NCBI GenBank assembly: GCA_963675665.1
Contig: OY776510.1
Location: forward strand, 4,736,001-4,800,000
DNA: 64,000 nt
Direction of reading: 5' to 3'
Origin: Spirochaetia bacterium
GTDB lineage: Bacteria > Spirochaetota > Spirochaetia > UBA9216
The position numbers were made by a program, and so were the translations under genes. Shown here piece by piece: positions 18,572-28,524 of this stretch (position 1 is its first letter; each line of letters begins with the position of its first letter). The notes beneath the pieces were generated by a model. The model saw nothing but the letters and a program-made list of their open reading frames with translations. It searched no databases and was not told the DNA's origin.

Positions 18572-19821
18572 TATTTACCCCCCTTTTTGAATTCATATTT
18601 TTGCCTTAACGCCGGGATCATTCCGTCCGGTTTGAAAACCATTACAAGAACAAGGACCGCTCCGAAAATGAGCATTCTCAGTTCGGAAAAAGCCCTGAGG
18701 TATTCCGGCAAGAGCGTAATTATCAGCGCCCCGGTAATTACGCCGGGAATGGATCCCATTCCGCCGAGAACAACCATGCACAATACCAGGATTGATTCCC
18801 ACATGGTAAAACTTGCCGGGTTTATAAATGTGGTCTTTCCGGCAAAAATAACGCCCGCAACGCCTGCCCAGAAAGTAGACAATGCGAAGGCTGCTAGCTT
18901 GGTCTTCCACATGTCGATTCCCATCGCCTCGCCTGCAATTTCATCCTCACGCATTGCAACCCAGGCCCGCCCGAGCCTTGAATCTTCCAGCCTGCGGACT
19001 ATAAAGATTGTAATAACAACAAAAGCAATAATTATATAATAGGTTAAATCGGTAGACTGCTGAATGCTGAAATCAAGTCCGAATATTGTCGGCCGGGGTA
19101 TATTTGCAATACCGCTCGGTCCAAAGCTTAATGCGTTCCAGTTTTCCATAACTATTCGGAAAATCTCTCCGAATGCCAGGGTTACAATAGCCAGATAATC
19201 ACCACGAAGCCTCAAGACGGGAATCGCAATCAGTACACCTATTATCATTGCAAACAATCCCCCCAGAGGGAGCGCTACCCAGAAATTCAAACCAAAATGA
19301 TAATTAAGTAAAGCATAGGTGTAAGCACCTACACCGTAGAAAACAATATAACCCAGAACAAGAAGCCCGCCGAGACCGACAATTATATTAAGCCCCAGGG
19401 CCAGCACAACATACAGCAAAGCCGTAATCATTATGCTTGTCTGGTACATTCCGGTAAATACCGGGAAAAGCAGCGCAACTGCCAGGACTACATAGCTGGC
19501 TGTGCGGGCAATTTTCGGATACTTGTCGAACCTTTCACGCAGGGTAAGTTTCGGCGCAACATCAGCCTCCCGTTCAGCCGCGGCGAGTCTGCCTTCCTTG
19601 CGGTCAATCATCAGTTTCCAGACATGGGAAAGGATAAAGCTTGCAATACCGACCACAAACATATTCATCCAGCGCCATTCAACTGTATCAGTTACAGTAT
19701 TAACCTTGATAACCATAATCGGGAAGGTCAGAAACATGAACCATACAGCCATAATAGCCGAACGTTTTACATCTTTAGGGGTAACCCACCGGCTTATGCC
19801 GGTTTTAACTGCATCAGACAT
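18571..19821 (-). CDS. livM: Branched-chain amino acid ABC transporter permease
   Basis: LRLRGDYLAIVTLAFGEI, GRAWVAMREDE, VVLGGMGS. Confidence 0.92.
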   Translation of the reverse strand: MSDAVKTGISRWVTPKDVKRSAIMAVWFMFLTFPIMVIKVNTVTDTVEWRWMNMFVVGIASFILSHVWKLMIDRKEGRLAAAEREADVAPKLTLRERFDKYPKIARTASYVVLAVALLFPVFTGMYQTSIMITALLYVVLALGLNIIVGLGGLLVLGYIVFYGVGAYTYALLNYHFGLNFWVALPLGGLFAMIIGVLIAIPVLRLRGDYLAIVTLAFGEIFRIVMENWNALSFGPSGIANIPRPTIFGLDFSIQQSTDLTYYIIIAFVVITIFIVRRLEDSRLGRAWVAMREDEIAGEAMGIDMWKTKLAAFALSTFWAGVAGVIFAGKTTFINPASFTMWESILVLCMVVLGGMGSIPGVITGALIITLLPEYLRAFSELRMLIFGAVLVLVMVFKPDGMIPALRQKYEFKKGGK

Positions 19822-19830
19822 ATTACCCTC

Positions 19831-20739
19831 CTAAACCTTTTTCCTCGTCGGTTTTCCAAGAAGCCCCGACGGTCTGAAGATCAGAATGATAATCAGAAAG
19901 ACAAATGCAAATACATCTTCGTAATCGCTGGAAATATAACCCGTACCGAAACTCTCGGTCAGGCCGAGCACAAAACTGCCGAGAACAGCGCCCGGTATTG
20001 ATCCGATACCTCCGAGAACTGCGGCTACAAACGCTTTTATACCGGCAATGAATCCGATATAAAAGTTAATCTGTCCCACATGCGAACTGATAAGGATTCC
20101 TCCTATTGCCGCGGTTGAAGAACCGATTAAAAATGTAAACATAATAACCTTGTTGATATTAATACCCACAAGCTGGGCCATGACTTTGTCCTGGGCGGTA
20201 GCGCGCATTGCCTTACCGATTCTTGTATAGCGTATCAGCAGGGTAAACAATACCATTACAACAGCTGTGGTAACCAGTATAATAAACTGGGTTGTATTCA
20301 TAATATTCTCGACAGGCCTTAAAAAGGCGAAGTCGGGGATCAATTCCGGAAACGGCTGAAAGTCTGATGTCTGGGCAAGCAGAACATAGTTCTGCAGAAA
20401 CATCGACATACCGATAGCGCTTATCAGCGCTGAAAGCCTGGGCGCCTTCCGAAGCGGTTTATAGGCTATCTTTTCCATCGTCACGCCGTAAGATGCGGAA
20501 TATACTACAGCAACAACTGCTGCAATCAAAAATATAAAAACCGGATCAAGCCCGGTAAAAGCAAGAGCTCCCGAAACAATAAGGGCTGTAAAAGCTCCAA
20601 TCATGTAAATTTCACCATGTGCGAAATTTATCAGCTGGATAATACCGTATACCATGGTATATCCGAGCGCTATTAATGCATAAATACTCCCTCTCGTCAG
20701 ACCTCCGAGAAAAAGTTCAATAAAATAAGTACTATTCAT
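19831..20739 (-). CDS. livH: Branched-chain amino acid ABC transporter permease
   Basis: GSIYALIALGYTMVYGIIQLINFAHGE, KAFVAAVLGGIG, RPSGLLG. Confidence 0.93.
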   Translation of the reverse strand: MNSTYFIELFLGGLTRGSIYALIALGYTMVYGIIQLINFAHGEIYMIGAFTALIVSGALAFTGLDPVFIFLIAAVVAVVYSASYGVTMEKIAYKPLRKAPRLSALISAIGMSMFLQNYVLLAQTSDFQPFPELIPDFAFLRPVENIMNTTQFIILVTTAVVMVLFTLLIRYTRIGKAMRATAQDKVMAQLVGININKVIMFTFLIGSSTAAIGGILISSHVGQINFYIGFIAGIKAFVAAVLGGIGSIPGAVLGSFVLGLTESFGTGYISSDYEDVFAFVFLIIILIFRPSGLLGKPTRKKV

Positions 20740-20799
20740 ATTCGAATAACTCCTCTACCTTGAGGCGTAATGTTGTTTCACTTTTATTAAATATACGAA

Positions 20800-20827
20800 A
20801 TAAGGGCTGCCCCTGAAGAGCAGCCCT
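20800..20827 (-). terminator. Hairpin after the binding-protein gene (partial terminator or mRNA stabiliser)
   Basis: AGGGCTGC...GCAGCCCT stem followed by TATTT on the minus strand. Confidence 0.55.
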
Positions 20828-20833
20828 GTATAA

Positions 20834-21964
20834 CTACTGAATTTCCGCGTATGCGCCGTTCTGAACCTGGAATACGGAGAAACCTACACCGATTGCATCG
20901 CCTTTTTCATCAAAGCTGATGCTTCCGAGAGTTGTATCAACGTAATTGCTCTTCAGAGCCTTGCTGATTGCTTCATAATCAGTTGAACCTGCTTTCTCAA
21001 TTGCATTGAGAATAGCTGTTGTTGCAGCATATGCGTTCAGAAAGAATGCACCCGGATCTTCGCCGTACTTGTCCTGATGGGCTTTATTTGCCGCAATGGT
21101 AAGAGGTTTGGTAGAAGTGTCTTTCGGACCGGTTGCATATACGCCTTCGGCATATTCTCCGGCAACCTTTATAAAGGTATCGTCTTTTACACCGTCGTCG
21201 GAAATAAATACAGTATCCATTCCTTTCTTTCTCATCTGGCTTACCAGCTTGGAAGCTTCAGGATGATATCCGCCGAAAATAACCGCTTCGGCACCGGCGT
21301 TTTTAATCTTGTTAATAACTGCAGAATAGTCAACTGCGCCTACGGTTATTCCTTCATAAAGAACAACTTCAGCTTTGCCGTCTGCTTCAATCATTGCTTT
21401 TGCAAACTCTGCAAGGCCTTTTCCGTAGTCGCCCTTGTCATGAAGAACTGCAAGCTTGGTAAATCCGAGTGTTCCCGTGGCAAAATCAACCTCAAGTCTG
21501 GCCTGGGCATCATCCGGAGCAATTGTTCTGTAAAAATTGGGGTAATCTCCGCTCTGTGTAAGCGGCGGGTTTGTTGCCGACGGAGAAATGGTTACAATAT
21601 TGGAATCCTTGTAGATTCCAAGAGCAGCCTTTGTGGCGCCGGAACAGATATGACCGATAACCGCAACAACACCTTCACCGACAAGCTTGGCTGCAGTATT
21701 GGTTGCAACTTCAGGTTTACAGACATCGTCTTCAACTACAAGTTCAATCTGTCGTCCGAGGACACCGCCCTTGGCGTTCCATTCTGCAACAACAAGCTCT
21801 GCAGCTTTTACTGAAGGGATACCGTAAGATGCAAGGTCTCCGCTGTGTGCACCTGCAACACCAATTTTTATAGCTCCGGCTTCCTGGTCACCGTTTGCAA
21901 AAACGGGAAGAGCTACTGCCATTGCGATAATCGCAATCAGACAAAAAGTGACAATTCTTTTCAT
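20834..21964 (-). CDS. Branched-chain amino acid ABC transporter substrate-binding protein (LivJ/LivK family)
   Basis: IKIGVAG, NAKGGVLG, DDVCKP, GHICSG, HDKGDYGKGLA, FDEKGD; start at ATG 21964 with GGAGG SD. Confidence 0.9.
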   Translation of the reverse strand: MKRIVTFCLIAIIAMAVALPVFANGDQEAGAIKIGVAGAHSGDLASYGIPSVKAAELVVAEWNAKGGVLGRQIELVVEDDVCKPEVATNTAAKLVGEGVVAVIGHICSGATKAALGIYKDSNIVTISPSATNPPLTQSGDYPNFYRTIAPDDAQARLEVDFATGTLGFTKLAVLHDKGDYGKGLAEFAKAMIEADGKAEVVLYEGITVGAVDYSAVINKIKNAGAEAVIFGGYHPEASKLVSQMRKKGMDTVFISDDGVKDDTFIKVAGEYAEGVYATGPKDTSTKPLTIAANKAHQDKYGEDPGAFFLNAYAATTAILNAIEKAGSTDYEAISKALKSNYVDTTLGSISFDEKGDAIGVGFSVFQVQNGAYAEIQ

Positions 21965-22142
21965 TATAAATGCCTCCATTTATTTTTTAGAATACACCTG
22001 CATTCTTAAATTGGATTAAATTTGTTTTACATGACGAACTTCATGTTTCAGGCATACTAAAATCGCATGTCCATTCAAAACAAGATATTATTTTAGCAGT
22101 AAATTTGGAGATGATCCATAAGATAATAAAATTTTCTATATA

Positions 22143-22463
22143 TTATTTTAGATAAAACACTTCGCGCAGCGGGATGCTTACGGGAGAAAAATCAGTGTTT
22201 GTCTCCATAATGTCGGACATATGCTTCCACCACTTCCGGACTACCGGATTATTACCCAGATCCTGGCTTCCCCCGTCTCCCCCGACCTTCTGGACGGCAA
22301 ATAATGTATCCGTTTCCTCGTCAATAAAGATTGAATAATCAGATACCCCGCTCTGCTTGAGCAGGGCTGAAAGCTCAGGCCAAATCTCATCATGGCGTCT
22401 TTTATATTCTTCTGACGCTCCTGGTTTTATCTTCATTTTAAAAGCAACTCTCTTCTGTTCCAT
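22143..22463 (-). CDS. rhaM: L-rhamnose mutarotase
   Basis: RVAFKMKIKPG..EEYKRRHDEIWPEL...DYSIF...KWWKHMSDIMETN..SPVSIPLREVFYL. Confidence 0.92.
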   Translation of the reverse strand: MEQKRVAFKMKIKPGASEEYKRRHDEIWPELSALLKQSGVSDYSIFIDEETDTLFAVQKVGGDGGSQDLGNNPVVRKWWKHMSDIMETNTDFSPVSIPLREVFYLK

Positions 22464-22543
22464 ATTTATCAAATACCTTTCTTTTTTTCCGGGAAGTTTG
22501 AAAGTTCTATATTTCAAACTTCAGAGGCTAATTGAACTTTTGT

Positions 22544-23599
22544 TCAATTAGCCTCCGCCTGCTGACTGGCAAGTTTCCGTCTGCCCTTAATCGAATCAAG
22601 TATTCCGGGAAGAAGGACGGCCACTATCAGGAGCATTCCTGTTGTAATGATCATAACCTTGGCGGACAGCATCATCAACCCCATTCCGAACTTCAGATAA
22701 CCAATGAAGAATACAGCGAGAATAACGCCGAAAATATTGCCCTTTCCGCCGGTAATTGAAACGCCTCCCAGCACAACCAGCATTATCGCTTCAAGTTCAA
22801 ACCCTGTTGCAATATTCGGCCGCGTACTGCCTATCCGCGAAGTCAGAAGAACAGCGGAAATTCCGGCGAACAGTCCGTTCAGAATGAAATTAATCATTCT
22901 TATTCTGTTTACCCTGATCCCGGAAAACCTTGCAGCCGATTCTGAATTTCCTATTGCATACAGTTTGCGGCCGTAGGTAGTTTTATGAAGCACAAAGCCC
23001 ATTATAACTGCAAGAACTACAAAAAGCAGCAGCTCAAAAGGTATGACCGTGTCTCCGACATATCCCTGACCAAAATATGCAAATGATTCGGGGTAAACTG
23101 TGTAGGCATGATCTTCCAGCACGGCCTGCGAAATTCCCCGAAAAAGCGATGAAGTTGCAAGGGTGACCGCTATCGCAGGCATCCCGAACCGGGTTATGAA
23201 AAAACCGTTGAACGCTCCTGCTGTAATTCCGACTGCCAATCCTATCAAAACAATACTTGCAGTCTCTGCTCCGGCTGCCGATGCGTATCCCATTGCAAAT
23301 GAACAAAGAGCTATTATTGCAGCAACAGATATGTCGATATCACCCGACATAATTACAAATATCATCGGCAGGGCAAGGATGGCCTTCTCCATAAAGGTAA
23401 AAGTAGCGTTCATCATATTGAAATAATCCAGGAAATATTCAGACAAGTTCGTGAACAGAATTATTTCAAAAACAAACATCAGAACAAGAATTACTTCCCA
23501 CTGGACAAAAAGATTGCCCAGCCGCTCCTTAAAGCTTGCTTCCTGTAAAAGTCTTGTACTTTCCACAAGGCTGTTTTTTTCTTTCTGTCTATCACTCAT
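22544..23599 (-). CDS. rhaQ: Rhamnose ABC transporter permease (RhaQ-like)
   Basis: GDIDISVA, GRKLYAIGN, ELEAIMLVVLGGVSITGGKG; located in the rha locus. Confidence 0.82.
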   Translation of the reverse strand: MSDRQKEKNSLVESTRLLQEASFKERLGNLFVQWEVILVLMFVFEIILFTNLSEYFLDYFNMMNATFTFMEKAILALPMIFVIMSGDIDISVAAIIALCSFAMGYASAAGAETASIVLIGLAVGITAGAFNGFFITRFGMPAIAVTLATSSLFRGISQAVLEDHAYTVYPESFAYFGQGYVGDTVIPFELLLFVVLAVIMGFVLHKTTYGRKLYAIGNSESAARFSGIRVNRIRMINFILNGLFAGISAVLLTSRIGSTRPNIATGFELEAIMLVVLGGVSITGGKGNIFGVILAVFFIGYLKFGMGLMMLSAKVMIITTGMLLIVAVLLPGILDSIKGRRKLASQQAEAN

Positions 23600-24597
23600 C
23601 AGCTGCATCTCCTCTTTACAGCGGCTTTTTCCTGTTGTTTGTTCATAATCGTATTAATAAACATTGCCGCCAGAACAACTACTCCCTGGATAAACATTTG
23701 AAAAAACGGCGATATATTCACTACAGGAAGGGCATTGTTGATAATCCCCAGAAACAGCGCCCCCAGAACCACCCCGGGAATTCCGCCGGAACCGCCCGCT
23801 ATATTAACCCCGCCGAGTACGCATGCTGCAACTGTCTGAAGCTCAAACCCGGTTGCTGTCTCATTAACAGCAGCCGCGTAACGCGCCGTCCACATTACCC
23901 CGGCAAGACCGCATAACAGTCCGCTCAAGGTAAAAATCAGCATATGAACTTTCTTTTCACTTACACCGACAAAACGCGCTGCGGTTTTATTTCCGCCTAT
24001 GGCGTAGACTTCGCGGCCTGAACGTGTGTAACGGCTGAAGTAATAAGTAAGCACAGCAACAATAACTGCTGCCCAGATGAGATTTGTAATCGCCAGAAAA
24101 TGTCCATGCGGCAAATTCATATACTTCTCGGACATTTCATGGGCAGTAACCCATTGTCCCCGGCTTAAAACAAAGGTAAAACCCCTGTAGATACTCATGG
24201 TTCCGAGCGTTGTGATTATCGGCGGTACCTTACCATAGGTTACAAATATCCCGTTTATTGCTCCAAGCACTGTTCCGATAGCAAGTCCGGCAAGAAGTAC
24301 TATAAAAATCGGAAGCTCCGGGTTGTACTGGTTCATCATTGAAGCAGCCATACCCGAAAATGCAATTGTCGAACCGACTGAAAGATCAATTCCGCCTGTA
24401 AGTATGACGAAAAACTGACCGATTGCTACTATTATCAGTATGGAGGTATCATTAATAATCCTTGACAGATTTTCCAACTTTATAAATCCCGGTGCACGGG
24501 AAGTAACTATTGCCGTCAGAACTACTATCAAAACGATCAGCGTAGCTTCCCTCTTCTGAATTAATTCCTTAACAGCTTTTGATGATTGTATTTTCAT
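23599..24597 (-). CDS. rhaP: Rhamnose ABC transporter permease (RhaP-like)
   Basis: GGIDLSVGS, GREVYAIGGN, ELQTVAACVLGGV. Confidence 0.82.
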   Translation of the reverse strand: MKIQSSKAVKELIQKREATLIVLIVVLTAIVTSRAPGFIKLENLSRIINDTSILIIVAIGQFFVILTGGIDLSVGSTIAFSGMAASMMNQYNPELPIFIVLLAGLAIGTVLGAINGIFVTYGKVPPIITTLGTMSIYRGFTFVLSRGQWVTAHEMSEKYMNLPHGHFLAITNLIWAAVIVAVLTYYFSRYTRSGREVYAIGGNKTAARFVGVSEKKVHMLIFTLSGLLCGLAGVMWTARYAAAVNETATGFELQTVAACVLGGVNIAGGSGGIPGVVLGALFLGIINNALPVVNISPFFQMFIQGVVVLAAMFINTIMNKQQEKAAVKRRCS

Positions 24598-26109
24598 ACC
24601 GGGGCCTCCGATTCATTTCTGTGACCCGTTGCAGCCCTGATTATTTTGTCCGAATCAGCCTCATCGCGGCTGAACTCGGCAGTCATCTCGCCTTCATGCA
24701 TTACGATAATTCTGTCCGACATTCCAAGTATTTCCGGCAGCTCAGACGAAACCATAACAACAGCCAGTCCCTGTGACGCCAGATCGGAAACGAATTTGTG
24801 TACTGCCGCCTTGGTTGCAACATCAATACCCTTTGTCGGTTCATCAAGAATCAAAACTTCCGGTTTGGTAGCAAGCCATTTGGCAAGAACAACCTTCTGC
24901 TGATTTCCTCCGGAAAGAGTATCGGCATCTACGTTCCAGCCTGCGGCTTTTATCTCCATCATGCTTCCGTATTCTACGCTGACTTCTTTTTCAAGTTTTG
25001 AATTAATAACACCGCCGGCGCTCAGATTGTTAATCTGCGGAAGCGTGATATTCCTGGCTATGCTCATCTCAAGAATAACGCCCTGATTCTGACGATCTTC
25101 AGGCACATAGGCAATTTGCTCTTTCATGGCATCGCCTGCAAAACGGGGCTTGTAATTTTTTCCGCGAAGAGTGATCTTCCCGGAAGTAATTTTATCTATT
25201 CCGAATATTGCCCGCATAACCTCGGTACGACCGGCGCCTACCAGTCCGAAAAACCCGAGTATTTCACCTTTTCGAAGATTAAACGATATATCCTTAAAAA
25301 CCCCGTCGCTGCCGAGGTTCTCGACTTTCAGAATTTCTTCGCCGAACCCGGCGTTACTTTTCGGGTACATCTGGTCAAGGCTTCGACCGACCATCATTGT
25401 TACTATATCGTCAATACTGTGATCAGCAACTTTACCTTCTCCGATATATTTGCCGTCGCGCAGAACGGTAAAATAATCGCAAATTTCAAATATCTCTTCA
25501 AATTTATGCGATATGAAAATTATAGCTTTGCCGTCCTTTCTCAGCTGCCTGACGATCTTGTAAAGGTCCTCAACTTCTCTAAGCGTAAGCGCCGATGTGG
25601 GCTCATCCATAATAACAACATCAGCATCTATGGAGAGGGCCTTCGCAATTTCGACCATATGTCTCTGTGCCGTACCCAGATTCTTGACCAGCGTATCCGG
25701 ATTTATATCCAGCTCCATTCTTTTGAGCAGAGCGGCGGTTTTTTTTTCTCATCTGCCTCCAGCTGAGCGCGCCGATTTTCCCGCTTTTAAGATGATGTCC
25801 CATGTATATATTTTCAGTAACGCTGAGTTCAGGAAACATTGACGCTTCCTGATGGATTGCGGTTATTCCGGCATCCTGTGCTTCTGTTGCGGTTCTGAAA
25901 CTTGATTCCTGGTCTTTATAAATTATCCTTCCCGAAGTGGGAGGATGGACACCGGTAAGTATCTTTACCAGCGTCGATTTACCGGCGCCGTTCTCTCCGA
26001 TAAGCGCATGAACCTCGCCGGGTCTTATATTCAGATGCACACCGTCAAGGGCCTTAATTCCCGGAAAGAACTTTGTTATATTTTCCAGTTTAAGTACCGT
26101 ATCGCTCAA
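24594..26109 (-). pseudogene. rhaT: Rhamnose ABC transporter ATPase (RhaT), split by one extra base in an A9 tract
   Basis: The N-half (GENGAGKST) is ORF 25621-26109 and the C-half (DEPT, LSGGNQQKV) is ORF 24594-25718. Removing one T from the T9 run at 25739-25747 gives a continuous MRKKTAALLKRMELDI. Could be a sequencing error. Confidence 0.8.
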
Positions 26110-26130
26110 CTTTAACTCCTTAAAAAACTG

Positions 26131-26235
26131 AAGAAAAACAGATTACTGTTTTTCTTTAAAGGCATTTTATAAATATATAATTTATAAAATGCCTATGCTT
26201 GTAAAGAAAGAAGCAGATTCCCAAAGGAATCTGCT
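26131..26235. repeat. Three stacked inverted repeats between rhaS and rhaT
   Basis: AAGAAAAACAG/CTGTTTTTCTT (26131-26156), AGGCATTTTATAAAT/ATTTATAAAATGCCT (26160-26194), AGCAGATTCC/GGAATCTGCT (26212-26235). Confidence 0.8.
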
Positions 26236-26255
26236 GTTATTACACGAAAAGACTA

Positions 26256-27272
26256 TTAGAACATTGCCGCAAACTTGGCAATATTACCCTTGTTGAATAC
26301 AAACGGTTCGCCCATTACAGTCACGCCGTTTTCTCCGATTGTGATATCACCCATTCTGCCGGCAGCAATTGTATCGCCCGTATTTCCTTCAACCTTTCCG
26401 GTACACAGAGCTTCGAGAATAAAAGTTGATGTATAACCGAGATCGATCGGGTTCCAGAGGGCCATCTGCCCGCATGTTCCGTTTTCTACGTAATGCTGCA
26501 TTTCGGAAGGAAGCCCAAGTCCTGTAAGCTGAACAACTCCCTGTTTGCCTTCGTCTTCGATTGCTTTTGCAGAAGCAAGGACACCTACCGTAGTCGGAGA
26601 AATAATTCCGGCGAGATCGGGATATTTCTGCATAAGAGCGACAGCTTCCCTGTAACTTTTGTCTGCAGCATCATCGCCGTAAACAACTTCTACAAGTTTC
26701 ATGTCTTTATATTCGGGTTTCTTGATTTCTTCATACATCCACTCAATCCATGCATTCTGGTTTGTTGCCTGAGAAGTTGCCGAAACAATTCCAACCTGTC
26801 CTTTATAATCACAGAGCTCGGCAATCAGTTTCACCTGCTGACGTCCTATGAGTTCTGTTTCGGAAGGTACGAGATCGGCAATTCTGCCGCCCTGTGAAAT
26901 TCCGGAGTCAAAAGAAATGACCTTAATGCCGGCTTTCATTGCTTTTTTGGTAACTGGAATAAGAGCATCAGCATCATTAGCTGAAATTGCAATTCCGTCT
27001 ACCTTCTGGGCAATAAGGGTTTCAATTATTTCAATCTGTCCTTCGGCCGTTGCCGAACTCGGCCCCATGTAAATGGATTCTACATTGCCCAGTTCTTTTG
27101 CGGCTTCTTTTCCGCCGTCCGCACATGCTTCAAAAAATCCGTTACCCAGACTTTTAACGAGAAGAACCAGCTTAAGCTGATCAGCCCCGGCTGCAGATTC
27201 CTTCTGTCCGCCTGCAAAAACCATTCCGCCGGCGAGCACCATAGCCATCATTAAAATTAGCAGCTTCTTCAT
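26256..27272 (-). CDS. Rhamnose ABC transporter substrate-binding protein (RhaS-like)
   Basis: LVKSLGNGFFEA, YMGPSSATAEGQIE, VYGDD, IISPTTVG, LTGLGLPSEM, LWNPIDLGY. Confidence 0.88.
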   Translation of the reverse strand: MKKLLILMMAMVLAGGMVFAGGQKESAAGADQLKLVLLVKSLGNGFFEACADGGKEAAKELGNVESIYMGPSSATAEGQIEIIETLIAQKVDGIAISANDADALIPVTKKAMKAGIKVISFDSGISQGGRIADLVPSETELIGRQQVKLIAELCDYKGQVGIVSATSQATNQNAWIEWMYEEIKKPEYKDMKLVEVVYGDDAADKSYREAVALMQKYPDLAGIISPTTVGVLASAKAIEDEGKQGVVQLTGLGLPSEMQHYVENGTCGQMALWNPIDLGYTSTFILEALCTGKVEGNTGDTIAAGRMGDITIGENGVTVMGEPFVFNKGNIAKFAAMF

Positions 27273-27381
27273 AAAAACTCTCCTTTTTTATGTCAGATTT
27301 AAATTCTGATTAATTCTAACCCCTTCTGTCGGATAAGTGTTAGGACGCTGATCTACAAAAAAGGATCATTTTCTACAGTTT

Positions 27382-28524
27382 TCAGCTGTTTTTGCTGATA
27401 TAATCGGTCGGCGTCATACCATAGCGTTCCCGGAAAAGACGGGTAAAATGCCTGCTTGACATATAGCCGAGCCCCGATGCCGCCTCTTTGACTGTTATAC
27501 CGGGGGTCTTCAATAACTGAAGAGCTTCATTAAGCCTTATATCGGTGATGAATTTTGTAAATGAGACCTGCTTGTATCGTTTGAAAAGGGAACTTAGATA
27601 ATTCGGAGTTACATTCAGTTTATCAGCTATCTGGGCAACCCCGACAGGCTCGGTGTACTGTTGCAGAACCAGTTCTTCAGCCCTTCTTACTATAATTGAG
27701 GACCTGGCCGGGCTTTCATCACCCATTCGGCGATTATCGATTTCTTTCAGTTCGGGTGCTGTTTCAATATACCTTAAAAGCTCAGGAAGGGTCTGTACGG
27801 TCGGAGTTGCAATCTCTTTTACAGAATTCATATCCGCTTCAGGAACAACAATTTCAAGTTCTTTCAGCAGGTCTTCCGGGCTGCTTCCCGCAGCTATTAT
27901 TGCAGGATACCCGTCCAGAACATTGAAAGCCCCTGCATAGTCATGCGGGGGGTTCTGATCCAGTCTTTCTCTCAACTTATAAACAAACCTTCGCAGCATT
28001 TCAACCGAAAAACCTGCCTCTGAATCTCCCGGGATAAAAATCAGGGCTGCATAATTCTCCATCTGCTGCAGAAACTGATCGAATTCAACTGCAGAGGAAT
28101 TGTTTATTACGCCGCCGACCCGGTATTCAAATTTTTCGCGTTTAATTCTTCCGGCATCCTGTCTTTTTTCCGTCGCCTTAAAAAGTGCCTCTTCAACCTC
28201 CGACTCGGTGGCCGGTTTCAGAAGATAATCAACAGCTCCCAGACTCAAAGCTTTTCTGGCATATTTAAAATCGGAATGTCCGCTCAGAATTATCCAGCTT
28301 GTATCTGGAAAATCATCCGCCAGCGTCTCAATAGCATCAAGCCCGCTTATTCCGGGCATTTTTATATCTACAAAACAGATGTCCGGTTTTACTTCTATCG
28401 CTTTTTCAATGAGAGTCCTGCCGTTAACTGCCTCAAAAACCTCATCTGCCTGTGCAATATTTCGAAGGATAGAAGTCAGCCCAACCCGGACAAGCTCTTC
28501 ATCATCTGCAATCAGAATCTTCAT
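27382..28524 (-). CDS. Response regulator, receiver + AraC HTH (YesN-like)
   Basis: ILIADDE, DIKMPGISGLD, DYLLKP; C-terminal VTPNYLSSLFK...GYMSSRHFTRLFR. Confidence 0.9.
   Translation of the reverse strand: MKILIADDEELVRVGLTSILRNIAQADEVFEAVNGRTLIEKAIEVKPDICFVDIKMPGISGLDAIETLADDFPDTSWIILSGHSDFKYARKALSLGAVDYLLKPATESEVEEALFKATEKRQDAGRIKREKFEYRVGGVINNSSAVEFDQFLQQMENYAALIFIPGDSEAGFSVEMLRRFVYKLRERLDQNPPHDYAGAFNVLDGYPAIIAAGSSPEDLLKELEIVVPEADMNSVKEIATPTVQTLPELLRYIETAPELKEIDNRRMGDESPARSSIIVRRAEELVLQQYTEPVGVAQIADKLNVTPNYLSSLFKRYKQVSFTKFITDIRLNEALQLLKTPGITVKEAASGLGYMSSRHFTRLFRERYGMTPTDYISKNS

Noticed and set aside
17921-19039. 372-aa plus-strand ORF, and similar long antisense ORFs (21077-21814, 25116-25766, 47610-48434, 52125-52835)
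   Set aside because: Shadow frames opposite well-conserved genes, with no recognisable motifs.
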